Part shown: in pieces, positions 63,392 through 64,000 of the stretch | Layout of the letters: the number at the start of each line of letters is the position of its first letter | Position numbering within the stretch: the first letter of the stretch is position 1 | Assembly: GCA_951801825.1 (NCBI GenBank) | Contig: CATOOF010000001.1 | Span: forward strand, 200,936 to 264,935 | Direction: 5' to 3' | Length of the DNA stretch: 64,000 nucleotides | DNA from: an uncultured Alphaproteobacteria bacterium | GTDB lineage: Bacteria; Pseudomonadota; Alphaproteobacteria; Rs-D84 | Made by a program: the position numbers and the translations under genes | Notes under the pieces: model-generated | Database searches by the model: none | Seen by the model: the letters and a program-made list of their open reading frames with translations, nothing else | Told to the model about the DNA's origin: nothing

Positions 63392-63670
63392 TTATGCGGA
63401 CTTTTTGTACTCTTGCAGTCGGCGATATATTTTACGCCGACGCTTGTAAATATTTTCCAGCACCCGCATCCGCATCGATTTATAGGCCAGCAAAAACATT
63501 CGCTCTATAATATCCGCGGGAATTTGCTCGGTTCCACGCTCCAGCTGGCAGATTTCTTGCTGGGTTATATGTAACAGTATTGATGCCTCTTCCTGGCTCA
63601 TGTTGCATGTGGTGCGTGCGCGGCGCAGTATAACGCCGATGCGGCCCGTGGGTCCGTCTATGCTTTTCAT
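63392..63670 (-). CDS. XRE-family helix-turn-helix transcriptional regulator
   Basis: HTH segment GVILRRARTTCNMSQEEASILLHITQQEICQLERG. Confidence 0.55.
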   Translation of the reverse strand: MKSIDGPTGRIGVILRRARTTCNMSQEEASILLHITQQEICQLERGTEQIPADIIERMFLLAYKSMRMRVLENIYKRRRKIYRRLQEYKKSA

Positions 63671-63714
63671 TTTATCCTCCATATTTTTGACAAACAAAAA
63701 TCCGCCGTGATGAA

Positions 63715-63782
63715 GGGCGGTTGGAGGTTAAGAACTACACAAATATAGTCCTGCTTATTCAAATATATCGCAGGCCTCCAAC
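63715..63782. repeat. Hairpin-forming intergenic repeat, copy B
   Basis: GGGCGGTTGGAGG ... TTATTCAAATATATCGCAGGCCTCCAACC. Matches copy A at 6401-6472. Confidence 0.55.
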
Positions 63783-63963
63783 CGAGTTGGAGCATATTTA
63801 ATTTGTGGAGGTTCTTACACCTCACACCGGGTATCACCCGATGCATCCAAAATTATAACACAAATGTTTGGGTTTGCAAATAAAAACACCCCACTCAGGG
63901 GCGCCTTTCAATCCATGCCAGATATAAAATAAAAAACGCCACAAGGGCGCCTTTTATTTTATA

Positions 63964-64000
63964 TGGAGGCCTGGGTCGGAATCGAACCGGCATACAAGGA
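63964..64000 (-). tRNA. Partial tRNA (3' half only; the gene continues beyond the window edge)
   Basis: The minus strand reads ...GCCGGTTCGATTCCGACCCAGGCCTCCA: a T-arm, a 7-nt acceptor 3' strand, a discriminator and CCA. A hairpin plus T-run lies downstream at about 63937-63962. Confidence 0.45.

Overview
This looks like a 64-kb chromosomal window from an alphaproteobacterium, probably a Rickettsiales- or Holosporales-like intracellular or symbiotic lineage. That guess rests on a eukaryote-like type-2 IleRS, an alpha-type SspB, an alpha-type bL36 and a VirB3/VirB4 pair; it is inference from gene content, not a database result. The housekeeping backbone is gyrB, ung plus an Ogg-like glycosylase, lpxC-lpxK, ychF, dnaG, topA, rodA-mrdA-mreD-mreC, rpmI-rplT-pheS-pheT, nth, ileS, mnmG, fabG-fabD, queH, metG, accB-accC, yidD-rnpA, mreB, recF, sspB, pnp and ybaB, with tRNA-fMet, tRNA-Thr, tRNA-Val and a partial tRNA at the right edge. 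Three accessory systems interrupt it. (1) A 5-gene type IVb-pilus-like assembly core sits directly downstream of lpxC (6609-11785, minus strand): lipoprotein, bitopic BfpC/TcpR/PilO-like protein, periplasmic coiled-coil protein, GspE/PilB-family ATPase and GspF-family platform. No pilin, prepilin peptidase or secretin is present in the window. (2) An 8.3-kb integrative element lies in the 3' end of tRNA-fMet (14757-23035). It is bounded by a perfect 37-bp direct repeat of the tRNA 3' end and carries a tyrosine integrase, an AlpA/Xis-like HTH protein, an HUH rolling-circle Rep, an HNH nuclease, two DinD/Bro-N paralogs and small Cys-rich secreted proteins. TTTGCTAT arm-type repeats sit at both ends. 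(3) A virB3-virB4 type IV secretion pair (25595-28309) is translationally coupled to two uncharacterised envelope proteins and preceded by an intergenic region dense in GTTGAAA-type repeats. Smaller items are a two-copy hairpin repeat (6401-6472 and 63715-63782), a decayed tandem tRNA-Val copy, an orphan N6-adenine methyltransferase in an AT-rich block at the left edge, a short standalone SufD-like protein, and several rho-independent terminators. No CRISPR array and no rRNA were seen.
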